From the NCBI GenBank assembly GCA_944389185.1, contig CALXLL010000002.1, positions 19,004 through 83,003 of the forward strand: a stretch of 64,000 bases of DNA, in the 5' to 3' direction. A program made the position numbers and the translations under genes. The notes beneath the pieces are model-generated. The model was not told the origin of the DNA, searched no databases, and saw nothing but the letters and a program-made list of their open reading frames with translations. Positions 55,401 to 64,000 of the stretch are shown piece after piece. The stretch comes from an uncultured Alphaproteobacteria bacterium. GTDB lineage: Bacteria > Pseudomonadota > Alphaproteobacteria > Rs-D84. The first letter of the stretch is position 1. Each line of letters starts with the position of its first letter.

Positions 55401-56619
55401 AGAAAAGATAAACAAAGACCGTGAAGAAGAAACGGCTATTATAGAAAAAGGCTTTGCTGATCAAGTATTCCAGCTTGCAGAAGGTCAAGTAATAGATAAC
55501 GGTACTGGCAGCTTAAAACCGTTTGTAGGTAAGAAGCTGACGGAAGAGGTCTTTGAAGGTATCAGACCTGCTGACGTAAAGAAGCTGGTTGTTGGTAACA
55601 AAGAAATCCAAGCAAAGATAGACGAACTTCGCGAACAGCACGTTATAAAGTTAAAAGCTTTGAATGAAAGGGCTGACGCAGAAATTGCAAAGGTTACGGA
55701 AAGCAATTCTTTAGCTGCTGGCGTATTAAAAGAAGTAAAAGTTTATATTGCGCACAAGATGAAGTTGCAGCCTGGTGATAAAATGGCCGGTCGTCATGGG
55801 AACAAGGGTATTGTATCTAAAGTAGTTCCTATTGAAGATATGCCTTATATGGAAGATGGAACGCCTGTTGATATCGTATTGAATCCATTGGGTGTGCCAA
55901 GCCGTATGAATATCGGTCAGATATTAGAAACTCACCTTGGTATGGCTGCGCGGACTTTGGGTAAGCAGATTGGCGAAGTCTTGGAAGAAGTAAAGCAGAA
56001 GCGTGCAGTTACAGATGACTTGCGTGCTGTAATGGGTAAAGTTTACGGTAAAGAAGTATCCGAAAAGCTAGAAAAGATGACGGATACAGACGTTCGCGCC
56101 GAAGCTGCTTTGCTAAAAGACGGTGTTCCAATGGCAACACCTACGTTTGACGGAGCAACGCCGGAAGATATTCGTTATATGTTAAAGCTGGCTAAATTAC
56201 CAGAATCTGGTCAATTTACGCTTTATGACGGTATGACCGGTGAAAAGTTTGCTCGTCCTGTGACTGTCGGCGTTATGTATATGTTAAAGTTGCACCACTT
56301 TGTTGACGAAAAGATTCACGCAAGGTCTACTGGTAACTATTCTCTTGTTACGCAGCAACCGTTATCTGGTAAAGCCCATATGGGTGGTCAGAGATTAGGT
56401 GAAATGGAAGTTTGGGCAATTGAAGCTCATGGTGCAGCGCACTTACTGAAAGAAATGCTGACTGTTAAATCTGACGATATAATAGGTAGAAATAAAATGT
56501 ATGAATCCATTATATCTGGCAGTAACGACATTCAGACAGGAACGCCGGAAGCCTTTAATGTGTTAGTTCGTGAACTTCGCGGTTTAGGCTTATCAATGAC
56601 ACCGAAAAAAATAGATTAG
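52483..56619 (+). CDS. rpoB: DNA-directed RNA polymerase subunit beta
   Basis: 1378 aa with conserved blocks (..GPGGL..RDVHPTHYGRLCPI.TPEG.NIGLI.., ..NMQRQ.VPL.., ..GDKMAGRHGNKG..). Confidence 0.98.
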   Translation: MAVIQKFRKSFGKSFLQTPLPDLVEIQYDSYKDFLQADVEPQNRKNIGLQNVFTSMFPIKDYAGIADLEFVEYTLDKPVYGVKECLLRNLTYSSKLKLKLRLILWDVAEDGKKTLRDIKEQEIFMGDVPLMTERGSFIAAGVERVIVSQMHRAQGVVFATTKEAKIAGNPITYTARIIPEHGSWIDFEEAKGVIYVRIDRRRKIPATVLLRCLPAEEDEKKWQAEPRKPTIRGMSDTEILSAFYKRIPLSFDGKLWCGETSAFDGLDKYRLNYDLINPKDKKELANKGDRLNAKRLAKIQAASKEFGILPESLIGEYLFDPIMSGDEVVFQAGTEITEEILSELDKMGVKNISLIAIDNTTITAHMRNTLMADKTTNREEALIEIYNVIRPGERPTLEAAINLFMRQGFDAAYYDLSAVGRFKMNKRLKIDSGKKPEDERLLTKSDFLAVLKTLTNIIDHKDTIDDIDNLSNRRVRTVGELLEQNFRTGMLRIERLVRESLSSPNIANMQPQDVVNVKPLMSLVSEFLGTSQLSQFMEAYNPLSELEHKRLISALGPGGLNRDRAGIDVRDVHPTHYGRLCPIHTPEGANIGLINHLATYARVNPYGFIETPYYVVENSKITDKMVYLTADEELGHKIAQGNTPTTSDGRLAEDTVTARVDGEFTMVPKEEVDLIDVEPRQVVSIATGLIPFVENDDANRALMGSNMQRQGVPLLRSDAPLVGTGIEREVARDSRTGKVAKHSGIVESVDANRIVVKCMNSRNVVTGVDIYNLEKFERSNSETLIHQKPLVKVGDRISAGDIIADGSAMNYGELALGRNVLVAFVPWRGYNYEDSIVISERISRDDVFTSVKIVEKEIKVRDTQLGPESLTRDIPNVSEEALKNLDESGIIYVGARVKQGDILVGRVSPKSETLLTPEEALLRNIFGEKALNVKDSSLKVGPNEEGTVIGVNVLTRHGVKKDERTQMIELQKIEKINKDREEETAIIEKGFADQVFQLAEGQVIDNGTGSLKPFVGKKLTEEVFEGIRPADVKKLVVGNKEIQAKIDELREQHVIKLKALNERADAEIAKVTESNSLAAGVLKEVKVYIAHKMKLQPGDKMAGRHGNKGIVSKVVPIEDMPYMEDGTPVDIVLNPLGVPSRMNIGQILETHLGMAARTLGKQIGEVLEEVKQKRAVTDDLRAVMGKVYGKEVSEKLEKMTDTDVRAEAALLKDGVPMATPTFDGATPEDIRYMLKLAKLPESGQFTLYDGMTGEKFARPVTVGVMYMLKLHHFVDEKIHARSTGNYSLVTQQPLSGKAHMGGQRLGEMEVWAIEAHGAAHLLKEMLTVKSDDIIGRNKMYESIISGSNDIQTGTPEAFNVLVRELRGLGLSMTPKKID

Positions 56620-56699
56620 TGGCACGGGGGCTGCGCATCAAGTAAAAGCTTGATGCCCCAGCCACTAGGCACTTTTAGCGACTGAAAGGAGCAAAATAC

Positions 56700-59600
56700 A
56701 TGACCAATATGTTGCAGAAGATTTTTGGACAAATAGAAACCAAGGAACAATTTGACGCTTTACGCATAACTATTGCGTCACCTGAAGAGATTCTTTCTTG
56801 GTCTCATGGTGAAGTAAAAAAACCAGAAACTATAAATTATCATTCTTTAAAACCAGAACCAGAAGGTTTGTTCTGCCAGCAGATTTTCGGGCCTGTTAAA
56901 GATTATGAATGTGCTTGCGGAAAGTATAAAAGAATAAAGTTTCGTGGCGTTGTTTGCGAACGTTGCGGCGTAGAAGTTGGGCCTTCTTCCGTTCGTCGTG
57001 AACGTATGGGGCATATTAAGTTGGCTATACCTGTTGCGCATACGTGGTTTTTGCGTGAAGGTAAAATTGCCATTTTATTAAACAATTTACCTCAGAAAAA
57101 GCTTGAACAAGTAATTTCTTATGATGCTTATATCGTAATTGAACCTGGTTTAACAAACTTAAAGCAATACGACGTAATAAGCGAAGATGAATATCAGAAC
57201 GCAGTTGAAGAATTCGGTGAAGATGCTTTCCACGTAGGTATTGGTGCTGAAGGTATTCGCAGCATAATTGCAAATCTTGATATGGGTGACGAACGCACAA
57301 GATTGCGTGCTGAATTAGCTGAAACGAAATCTGAAGCAAAGCGTAAAGGCTTGGTAAAGCAATTGAAATTAGTAGAAGCTTTCTTAGATTCTAAAACAGA
57401 TCCTGCTTGGATGTTACCGGATATCATACCTGTTATTCCACCAGATATGCGTCCTTTGGTAACGTTAGACGCAGGTCATGTTGCAGCTTCTGATTTGAAC
57501 GATTTATATCGTCGCGTGATTATACGTAACAATCGTTTGAAAAGATTTATTGAAATGCATGCACCTGAAATCATCGTTCGTAACGAAAAGCGTATGTTGC
57601 AGGAAGCCGTAGATTCTTTATTTGATAATGAACATAAAGCAAGACCTATGGTTTCTCAGAACCGTCGTCCTTTGAAGTCTTTATCTGGGTCTTTGCGCGG
57701 TAAATCTGGTCGCTTCCGTGGTAATATGTTAGGTAAGCGAGTTGATTATTCCGGTCGTTCAGTTATCGTATCAGGCCCATCCTTAAAATTGCATCAAGTA
57801 GGTTTGCCGAAAACAATGGCTTTAGAGTTGTTTAAGCCTTTCGTTTATGCAAGATTACTGGCCGGTGATTATGCTAATACATTAAAGACGGCTCGTAAGA
57901 TGGTTGAAAACGGTGAAGATATCGTATGGGAAATCTTGGAAAAAGTTATATATCAACATCCTGTATTGTTAAATCGTGCACCTTCTTTGCATAGATTGTC
58001 TATGTTGGCCTTTGAACCGGTATTGATTGAAGGTAAAGCTATTCGTTTACATCCATTGGTATGTAAGGGCTTTAATGCGGACTTTGACGGTGACCAGATG
58101 TCTGTTCACGTTCCTATTTCGCTGGAAGCGCAATTAGAAGCAAGAACTTTGATGTTATCTTCTAATAACGTTCTGTCACCTGCAAGTGGTGAACCTATGA
58201 TAGTGCCATCACAAGACATGGTTCTTGGGGTATATTATATATCTTTGATTAACGGTGAACATACAGATAAGTCACCAAGATTTGCAAATATGGACGAAGT
58301 AAAGTTGGCTTTGGAAAATAAGACAATTACGCTTCACACGCCTATTGTTGCACGTATTAACGGTAAAATCTATAAAACGACAGCAGGTCGTATGATTTTG
58401 GGTGAATTGTTACCGAAATCTGACAATATGCCGTTTGATTTAGTTAATAAAGTTATGCCGGTTGGTGAAATAAAATCTTTGCTTGCAACGACTTATGAAC
58501 GTTGCGGTGATAAAGCAATGATTTTATTGGCGGATGCTTTGAAAGATACTGGTTTTGAACAAGCCGCACGCAGTGGTATTTCAATTGGTTTTGACGATAT
58601 CGTAGTTCCTGAAGAAAAGAAAGCTATGATAGAAGAATCTGAAAAAGCCGCCGAAGAAATAGAAGAACAATATCAAAACGGTTTATTATCTGGTGGTGAA
58701 AGACACAATAAGTTAATTGACTTATGGCAGAAGACAACCGATAAGTTAGGTGATATGGCTTATGCAGCTTTAAGTAAATCTACGGGGGATAATTGGAATT
58801 CCGTTATGATGATGGCTTTATCGGGGGCTCGTGGTTCCAAACGTCAGATTCAGCAGTTGGCTGGTATGCGTGGTATGATGCAGAAACCTGACGGTTCTAT
58901 TATTGAAGTTCCAATTATATCAAACTTTAAAGAAGGTTTGACTATGGCGGAATACTTTACTTCTACCCACGGTGCTCGTAAAGGTATGTCGGATACTGCT
59001 TTGAAAACTGCAGAAGCTGGTTATTTGACTCGTAGAATGGTTGAACTTGGTCATAACACAGTTATTACCGAGCATGATTGCGGAACAAAAGAATATATAA
59101 CTGCAAAGCCTGTATATCAGGGCAGCACTTTGGCGGTTCCTTTGGGTGACGTAGTATTGGGGCGCACAGCGGCTCATGACATTATTCATCCGCTGACCAA
59201 GGAAGTAATCGTTCCTGCTGGCGAGCTTATAACAAAGTCCGCCGCAAAGAAAATTAATGAATCTGGTTTACCAAGCGTTGACGTTCGCAGCGTATTGACT
59301 TGCTGCTCGGACGGTCTATGTGCGAAATGCTATGGTATGGATTTGTCGCGTAATGCGCTGGTTCATGTTGGCGAACCCGTAGGTTTGATTGCAGGTCAGT
59401 CAATTGGTGAACCTGGAACTCAGTTGACGCTGCGAACCTTCCATATTGGTGGTGTTGCGGCAGGTGGTGCAGAAAGCCACTTTATAGAAGTTCCTGTTGC
59501 TGGAACAATTAAATTGACCGGTGCAAATACGATTAAAAACTCTGCTGGTCGTATAGTTGTCTTATCAAGAACCGCAGAAATAGCAGTTATGTCTGATAAT

Positions 59601-60809
59601 GGTGAAAAACTGTTCAGCAGCAATTTACCTTATGCTTCTATGCTGATCGTAAACGACGGCGACAAAGTAGAAAAGGGTGCAAAGGTTGCAGAATGGGATC
59701 CTTATTCTAATACCATAATTGCAGAAAAAGATGGAACTGTTGCTTTCAAAGATTTAATAGAAAACGTTTCTTATCAAGAAGAAGTGGATTCTATGACTGG
59801 TATCGTTTCTAGAAAAGTAATTAACTGGAAAACGAATACTAAAAAAGCTTTGAATCCTGCTATAACATTGGTAGACGACAAGGGTGAAATAATATCACTT
59901 GGCGGTAAAAAAATTGCAGAATACTTATTGCCAATGTATTCATTGTTGAATGTATCTAATGGTGATAAGGTTGTTGCAGGTGATGTTTTGGCTCGTATTC
60001 CTGTCCAGACAAAGCGCACGGGTGATATTACCGGTGGTTTACCACGAGTTAACGAATTACTAGAAGTTCGTCGTCCTTCAAATCCTGCTTTACTTGCAGA
60101 AATTGATGGAACGATAGAACTTGAAGATGCAAAGTCTAAGATAATTGTTCGTATAGTTCCAGAAGACGGCACTGCACCAGTAGAATATGCTGTTCCGAAA
60201 GGAACGAACTTATTGGTTCGCAGCGGTGACGTTGTAAGGAAGGCAGATAAATTAGTTGACGGTGACCCTGTTCCACAAGATATATTACGTATATTGGGGC
60301 AGAAAGCATTGGCTACCTTTATGGTAGAACAGATTCAGCAAGTTTATCGACTGCAAGGCGTGGTTATTAACGATAAGCATATAGAGATTCTTATAAGAGA
60401 AATGACGCGTCGTGTAGAAATCACGAATCCTGGCGATACAAGATTCTTGATGGGTAACGTTGTTGACCGCGTTGATTTCGAAGAAGAAAACGCACGTGTT
60501 GCGAAAGAAGGTGGAAGACTGGCCGAAGCTTCACAAGTATTGGTTGGTTTGACTCGTGCTTCTTTGACAAGTCGTTCGTTTATATCCAATGCGGCGTTCC
60601 AACAGACGACAAAGGTATTAGTTGACGCTGCAATCAGCGGAGCAACTGATAAGCTGGTTGGTATTAACGAGAACTTAATCGTCGGTAGATTAGTTCCTAT
60701 TGGAACAGGTGCTTACGTTCGTCGCGTTCGCGAGATTGCAAAAGCTGAAGAAAAAGCAGAAAAGTTGGCTCGTGAAGGTGGTGAACAGCAACAGTTGTTG
60801 GATCTTTAA
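56700..60809 (+). CDS. rpoC: DNA-directed RNA polymerase subunit beta'
   Basis: 1369 aa with a zinc motif (CACGKYK...CERCGVEV), the catalytic NADFDGDQM motif and trigger-loop blocks. Confidence 0.98.
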   Translation: MTNMLQKIFGQIETKEQFDALRITIASPEEILSWSHGEVKKPETINYHSLKPEPEGLFCQQIFGPVKDYECACGKYKRIKFRGVVCERCGVEVGPSSVRRERMGHIKLAIPVAHTWFLREGKIAILLNNLPQKKLEQVISYDAYIVIEPGLTNLKQYDVISEDEYQNAVEEFGEDAFHVGIGAEGIRSIIANLDMGDERTRLRAELAETKSEAKRKGLVKQLKLVEAFLDSKTDPAWMLPDIIPVIPPDMRPLVTLDAGHVAASDLNDLYRRVIIRNNRLKRFIEMHAPEIIVRNEKRMLQEAVDSLFDNEHKARPMVSQNRRPLKSLSGSLRGKSGRFRGNMLGKRVDYSGRSVIVSGPSLKLHQVGLPKTMALELFKPFVYARLLAGDYANTLKTARKMVENGEDIVWEILEKVIYQHPVLLNRAPSLHRLSMLAFEPVLIEGKAIRLHPLVCKGFNADFDGDQMSVHVPISLEAQLEARTLMLSSNNVLSPASGEPMIVPSQDMVLGVYYISLINGEHTDKSPRFANMDEVKLALENKTITLHTPIVARINGKIYKTTAGRMILGELLPKSDNMPFDLVNKVMPVGEIKSLLATTYERCGDKAMILLADALKDTGFEQAARSGISIGFDDIVVPEEKKAMIEESEKAAEEIEEQYQNGLLSGGERHNKLIDLWQKTTDKLGDMAYAALSKSTGDNWNSVMMMALSGARGSKRQIQQLAGMRGMMQKPDGSIIEVPIISNFKEGLTMAEYFTSTHGARKGMSDTALKTAEAGYLTRRMVELGHNTVITEHDCGTKEYITAKPVYQGSTLAVPLGDVVLGRTAAHDIIHPLTKEVIVPAGELITKSAAKKINESGLPSVDVRSVLTCCSDGLCAKCYGMDLSRNALVHVGEPVGLIAGQSIGEPGTQLTLRTFHIGGVAAGGAESHFIEVPVAGTIKLTGANTIKNSAGRIVVLSRTAEIAVMSDNGEKLFSSNLPYASMLIVNDGDKVEKGAKVAEWDPYSNTIIAEKDGTVAFKDLIENVSYQEEVDSMTGIVSRKVINWKTNTKKALNPAITLVDDKGEIISLGGKKIAEYLLPMYSLLNVSNGDKVVAGDVLARIPVQTKRTGDITGGLPRVNELLEVRRPSNPALLAEIDGTIELEDAKSKIIVRIVPEDGTAPVEYAVPKGTNLLVRSGDVVRKADKLVDGDPVPQDILRILGQKALATFMVEQIQQVYRLQGVVINDKHIEILIREMTRRVEITNPGDTRFLMGNVVDRVDFEEENARVAKEGGRLAEASQVLVGLTRASLTSRSFISNAAFQQTTKVLVDAAISGATDKLVGINENLIVGRLVPIGTGAYVRRVREIAKAEEKAEKLAREGGEQQQLLDL

Positions 60810-60873
60810 TAAATGAAAGTCTTTGTTGTATGGTTCTGATTTAGTCAGAACCATACAGAAGGATTAAAAAATT

Positions 60874-61275
60874 ATGCAGCAAGAAATCCCCGCAATTTTC
60901 TGTGATATAGATGGTGTTGTGAACAAGAAGTTTGCAATTGCTAACTATGACCGTTTCGGTGAACCTAATTATAATATGATAAAGATATTAGAAACATTAG
61001 GACGTGATTTTACCATAGTTTTCATTACGGGACGGTGGGCAATAGGTCAAGAAAAAGTAGAACAACATATTCAAAATCTTTTGCCTGATATAAAGAAGAA
61101 AGTTTTTTGTAAGGCTCATGATTATCCCGGGACAACGGCTGAATACAAATTAGAAAAGATAGAAGAACTGGAAAAACAAGGTTATAAGTTTTATATGGGC
61201 TTAGACGACCATAGTGCTGTTATTGGTTTAATGCACAACCATGGTATGTTCGTAGCAAAGGTTATATCAGATTAA
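60874..61275 (+). CDS. small HAD-superfamily phosphatase-like protein
   Basis: DxDGV motif I (IFCDIDGVVN), ..VFITGR.. (motif II-like) and ..GLDDH.. (motif IV-like). 133 aa. Confidence 0.55.
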   Translation: MQQEIPAIFCDIDGVVNKKFAIANYDRFGEPNYNMIKILETLGRDFTIVFITGRWAIGQEKVEQHIQNLLPDIKKKVFCKAHDYPGTTAEYKLEKIEELEKQGYKFYMGLDDHSAVIGLMHNHGMFVAKVISD

Positions 61276-61339
61276 AGTTTTCCTTGCAAAATCACAGGAT
61301 TAGAATAAAATAACAAACTGTAAATAAAAGGATTGTAAA

Positions 61340-61489
61340 ATGGCAACACCAAAAAGTAAAACAAGTAAAGCACGTTCTGCACAGCGTCGTTCACATGATG
61401 CTTTGTCAGTAATGCCTTGCAGTGTATGCAAAACTTGTGGCGAAAAAAAGCGTCCACATCATATTTGCCCTGCTTGTGGTGCTAAATAA
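61340..61489 (+). CDS. rpmF: 50S ribosomal protein L32
   Basis: Manual translation gives MATPKSKTSKARSAQRRSHDALSVMPCSVCKTCGEKKRPHHICPACGAK (49 aa). It is upstream of plsX as usual and below the ORF-track cutoff. Confidence 0.92.
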   Translation: MATPKSKTSKARSAQRRSHDALSVMPCSVCKTCGEKKRPHHICPACGAK

Positions 61490-61555
61490 TTTAAACCAAG
61501 GATTATACGGCAGATTGGTGCGCATGTTGTGCCTTTCTGCCTTTTAAGTATTACT

Positions 61556-62620
61556 ATGTCAGCAGAAAAGAAAATTATAGCAATAGATGCAATGGGGGGC
61601 GATAAAGGTCCTCTGGCTGTTCTGGGGGGGATGAATCAATTTTTATATCAGAACGGTGAAGATACTGTATTTTTTCGCGTGTTTGGTGATGAAAAGACGT
61701 TAAAAAAATTACTGGCTAAATATCCACGTGTTTCCAGAAATTGCGAGATAATTCATGCGCCAAATGCTATTAAAGGTACGGATAAATTGCGTGATATTAT
61801 TCGTCATTCTCAGGATACATCTATGTATATGGCGATAAAGGACGTTCGTGAAGGCAATTCCGCAGCGGTAATAAGCGCTGGGAATACGGGGATACTGATG
61901 TCCTTATCTAAGTTGGCGTTAAAAACGGTCGACGGTATTTCAAGACCTGCTATTACGACTATGTTACCTTCTGGTGGTGGTGATTCTCGTGTGGTAGTGT
62001 TAGATTTGGGGGCAAACGTTCAATGTGACGAAGTTAATTTGTTTGACTTTGCCACACTTGGCAGCGTATATGCAGAAGTTATCGGCAAAATGAAGAAACC
62101 TAAACTTGGGGTTTTAAATATAGGTGAAGAAGAAACGAAAGGTAATGAAACTTTACAGAAACTTAATAAGCTATTAACGCAACATAAAAAGGAATTACCT
62201 TATGAATATATAGGTTTTATAGAAGGTAATGATATTGGTGCTGGCAAAGTTCAGGTTGTTGTGACAGATGGTTTTACTGGTAATATAGTTTTAAAGACTG
62301 TGGAAGGAACTGCTAAGTTAATAAAGCGCGTTTTAGTTGACAATCTTAAAAAGTCTATACTTGCTATTATAGGTGCTTTTTTCCTTGTTCATGTATTTAA
62401 GCGTTTAAAGAATAAAATAGATCCGCGCTCGTATGCTGGTGCGACATTTTTGGGATTAAATGGTTTTGCGGTTAAGACGCACGGTAATAGCGATGCATTA
62501 GCGTTTGCGAACTCTATCAAATATACGGCAGATTTAACTAATGCAGATTTAAACGGTCTGATAAAAAAGCGGGCGGTAAAGGTTGCAAAAATTCGCGAAG
62601 AAATAATAAAAGAAGAGTGA
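61556..62620 (+). CDS. plsX: phosphate acyltransferase PlsX
   Basis: IAIDAMGGDKGP.., ..ISAGNTGILM.. and ..FIEGNDI.. motifs. The ATG at 61556 is preferred over the GTG at 61529. Confidence 0.94.
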   Translation: MSAEKKIIAIDAMGGDKGPLAVLGGMNQFLYQNGEDTVFFRVFGDEKTLKKLLAKYPRVSRNCEIIHAPNAIKGTDKLRDIIRHSQDTSMYMAIKDVREGNSAAVISAGNTGILMSLSKLALKTVDGISRPAITTMLPSGGGDSRVVVLDLGANVQCDEVNLFDFATLGSVYAEVIGKMKKPKLGVLNIGEEETKGNETLQKLNKLLTQHKKELPYEYIGFIEGNDIGAGKVQVVVTDGFTGNIVLKTVEGTAKLIKRVLVDNLKKSILAIIGAFFLVHVFKRLKNKIDPRSYAGATFLGLNGFAVKTHGNSDALAFANSIKYTADLTNADLNGLIKKRAVKVAKIREEIIKEE

Positions 62621-62625
62621 TTTTT

Positions 62626-62649
62626 AAGCGCCAATCGGCGCTTTTTTTG
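62626..62649 (+). terminator. rho-independent terminator after plsX
   Basis: AAGCGCCAATCGGCGCTTTTTTTG. Confidence 0.8.
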
Positions 62650-62762
62650 TCGTTTTTAATATTTTTAAAAGTAATTGATTTTTTAAATATATTCAACTAT
62701 AATTAGAATAATGCATAAAATCTATATGGTTTATATGGGTTTTTTGATTATAGGAGAGAAAA

Positions 62763-62993
62763 ATGACTCATGAAAATATTTGGAAAGCAATAGAAAATCT
62801 TGCTGGTGCTTATAATTTATCATGTTCTGGTTTGGCAAGACAAAGTGGTTTAGATCCAACGATATTTAATAAAAGCAAACGTTGGACGAAAGAGGGTAAA
62901 CCAAGATGGCCATCAACGCATAGTTTAGCAAAAATAATGGCCAGCACTGGTGTAGAACCAGACGAATTTGTTAAATATATACCAAAAAACTGA
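62763..62993 (+). CDS. stand-alone Cro/CI-type HTH protein resembling the N-terminal domain of alphaproteobacterial S24-peptidase repressors
   Basis: ..IWKAIENLAGAYNLSCSGLARQSGLDPTIFNKSKRWTKEGKPRWPSTHSLAKIM... It stops after 76 aa, and no S24 domain follows. Confidence 0.6.
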   Translation: MTHENIWKAIENLAGAYNLSCSGLARQSGLDPTIFNKSKRWTKEGKPRWPSTHSLAKIMASTGVEPDEFVKYIPKN

Positions 62994-63057
62994 TATTTTT
63001 GATTATTTTGCGTATTTCAATAATTAATTTGCCATGGCTTATAAACGGGGGGATAAA

Positions 63058-64000
63058 ATGAGATGTTATAAGCATATTTTTTCATATGTGTCATTATTTT
63101 TTATAACGCCGGCATTTGCCGTTGACGTATCAGATTTTAATTCTTTTTATAGTGCTTATAAGACCGGCACGGATAATAATATAAATATAACCAGCGATAT
63201 TACGGCTAATAGGTTGATAGGTGGCAGTAGTATGAGCAACATTAATGTTTCTGCATCTGATGTTGATATAAATGGGGACGGTTTTTCGGGGTTTAATGTA
63301 GGAAGCGGCGAAGAGTTGTCTTTTTTGTCTGCAGGAAGTTTTAGTATTAATAATGGCTGGGTAACGATAGATAAATCTGTAAATGATTTTTATCAATCTC
63401 TTCGTGGTGGTGTAATATTTAATTATGGAAATGTTAATATATCCAATAGTGCATTTACTAATAACAGGGCTGGTCGTGGTGGGGGCGTAGTGCAACAAAC
63501 CAGCGGCAGCATAGTTAATATTTCGAACTCTGCATTTTCTAATAATAATTCGCCTTACGGTGCTGGTGGCGTAATTAACGGCGAGTCAGGTTCTACGACT
63601 AATATTACTGGCTCTTATTTTCAAGAAAATAAGGCATCAAGGTATGGCGGTGCAATTTCCAGCAGTGGAGATATAAATATAGAAAGTTCTTTGTTTAACG
63701 GCAACACTTCTGATTCTGGTGGTGCTGTATATAGCATGGGTCAGGCAAGTATAAATAATAGTTATTTTACAAACAACGAAGGGACAGGAGATGTCGGAGC
63801 TGTATATAGTTCTGGATCATTAGATATTTCTTCAAGTCTTTTTTATAACAACAGCGGTGTGACTGGCGGTGCTTTGGGAGTTTTTAGTATTCCTGGGGAA
63901 GGTTATACCGTGATAAAAGACTCTGTTTTTGCGTTTAATAAAGCCGCATACGGAGGGGCTATATTTTCGTGGGGAGATTTGGCTATAATAGATACAAGTT
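63058..64000 (+). CDS. secreted Pmp-repeat (GGA[ILV]/FxxN) protein, probable autotransporter passenger; 3' end outside the window
   Basis: Manual translation: ATG at 63058, signal peptide ..FFITPAFA/VD, open to 64000, so it is absent from the ORF track. It shows at least 7 repeats such as YGGAISSSGDINIESSLFNGN, SGGAVYSMGQASINNSYFTNN and YGGAIFSWGDL. Confidence 0.7.
   Translation, partial: MRCYKHIFSYVSLFFITPAFAVDVSDFNSFYSAYKTGTDNNINITSDITANRLIGGSSMSNINVSASDVDINGDGFSGFNVGSGEELSFLSAGSFSINNGWVTIDKSVNDFYQSLRGGVIFNYGNVNISNSAFTNNRAGRGGGVVQQTSGSIVNISNSAFSNNNSPYGAGGVINGESGSTTNITGSYFQENKASRYGGAISSSGDINIESSLFNGNTSDSGGAVYSMGQASINNSYFTNNEGTGDVGAVYSSGSLDISSSLFYNNSGVTGGALGVFSIPGEGYTVIKDSVFAFNKAAYGGAIFSWGDLAIIDTS

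Noticed and set aside
61272-61457. 61-aa minus-strand ORF in the track.
   Set aside because: It overlaps, antisense, the clearly recognisable rpmF (L32) gene at 61340-61489 on the + strand.
63130-63498. 122-aa minus-strand ORF at the right edge, the only track ORF in this region.
   Set aside because: It is antisense to the open-ended + strand frame, which shows a signal peptide and regular Pmp GGAI/FxxN repeats. The + frame is missing from the track only because it has no stop within the window.

Overview
This 64-kb window comes from an AT-rich alphaproteobacterial chromosome. The assignment rests on GapR/DUF2312, the classic tRNA-Trp-secE-nusG-rplKAJL-rpoBC block and rpmF-plsX. Several signs point to a reduced, host-associated genome: a fragmentary dcw cluster, shortened rmuC/fmt/comEC, scattered type IV secretion genes and a Pmp-type autotransporter. 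Most of the window is housekeeping: rpmE, a degenerate SuhB/IMPase, mrcA, mliC-like, mraY-ftsW-murG, comF, rpmH, gyrA, def-fmt-truA, comEC, pyrG, gapR, pyk, a dacC-like PBP with a SPOR domain, recR-rsmA, kefB-like, lspA-yidC, the ribosomal protein/RNA polymerase block, and rpmF-plsX. I called three tRNAs by hand: Glu-CUC, Gln-UUG and Trp-CCA. I saw no rRNA, CRISPR array, transposase or integrase.

Five accessory regions stand out:
- Left edge: at least three paralogous polytopic membrane proteins that look VirB6/TrbL-like.
- 18.5-21.3 kb: an AT-rich islet bounded by tRNA-Glu and tRNA-Gln. It holds a convergent orphan pair, a possible ART-like N-domain fused to an HD phosphohydrolase and a UDG-fold-like protein. 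A perfect 172-bp GC-rich tandem repeat that re-copies the 3' end of tRNA-Gln abuts it.
- 21.5-26.9 kb: a MarR-TolC-MFP-RND efflux operon with an unusually short adaptor.
- 44.1-48.8 kb: a self-contained virB8-virB9-virB10-like operon with no ATPase genes. Its VirB9 carries a C-terminal SPOR domain. Its VirB10 carries an N-terminal beta-sandwich-like module and a roughly 200-aa cysteine-rich tail.
- Right edge: a Pmp-repeat (GGA[ILV]/FxxN) secreted protein.

My best candidate for an undescribed system is the ATPase-less, peptidoglycan-tethered VirB8/9/10 module together with the VirB6-like array. It may be a ComB-like or otherwise repurposed T4SS. The ART/HD plus UDG-like pair is second. All functional calls rest on motif recognition by eye, with no database search.
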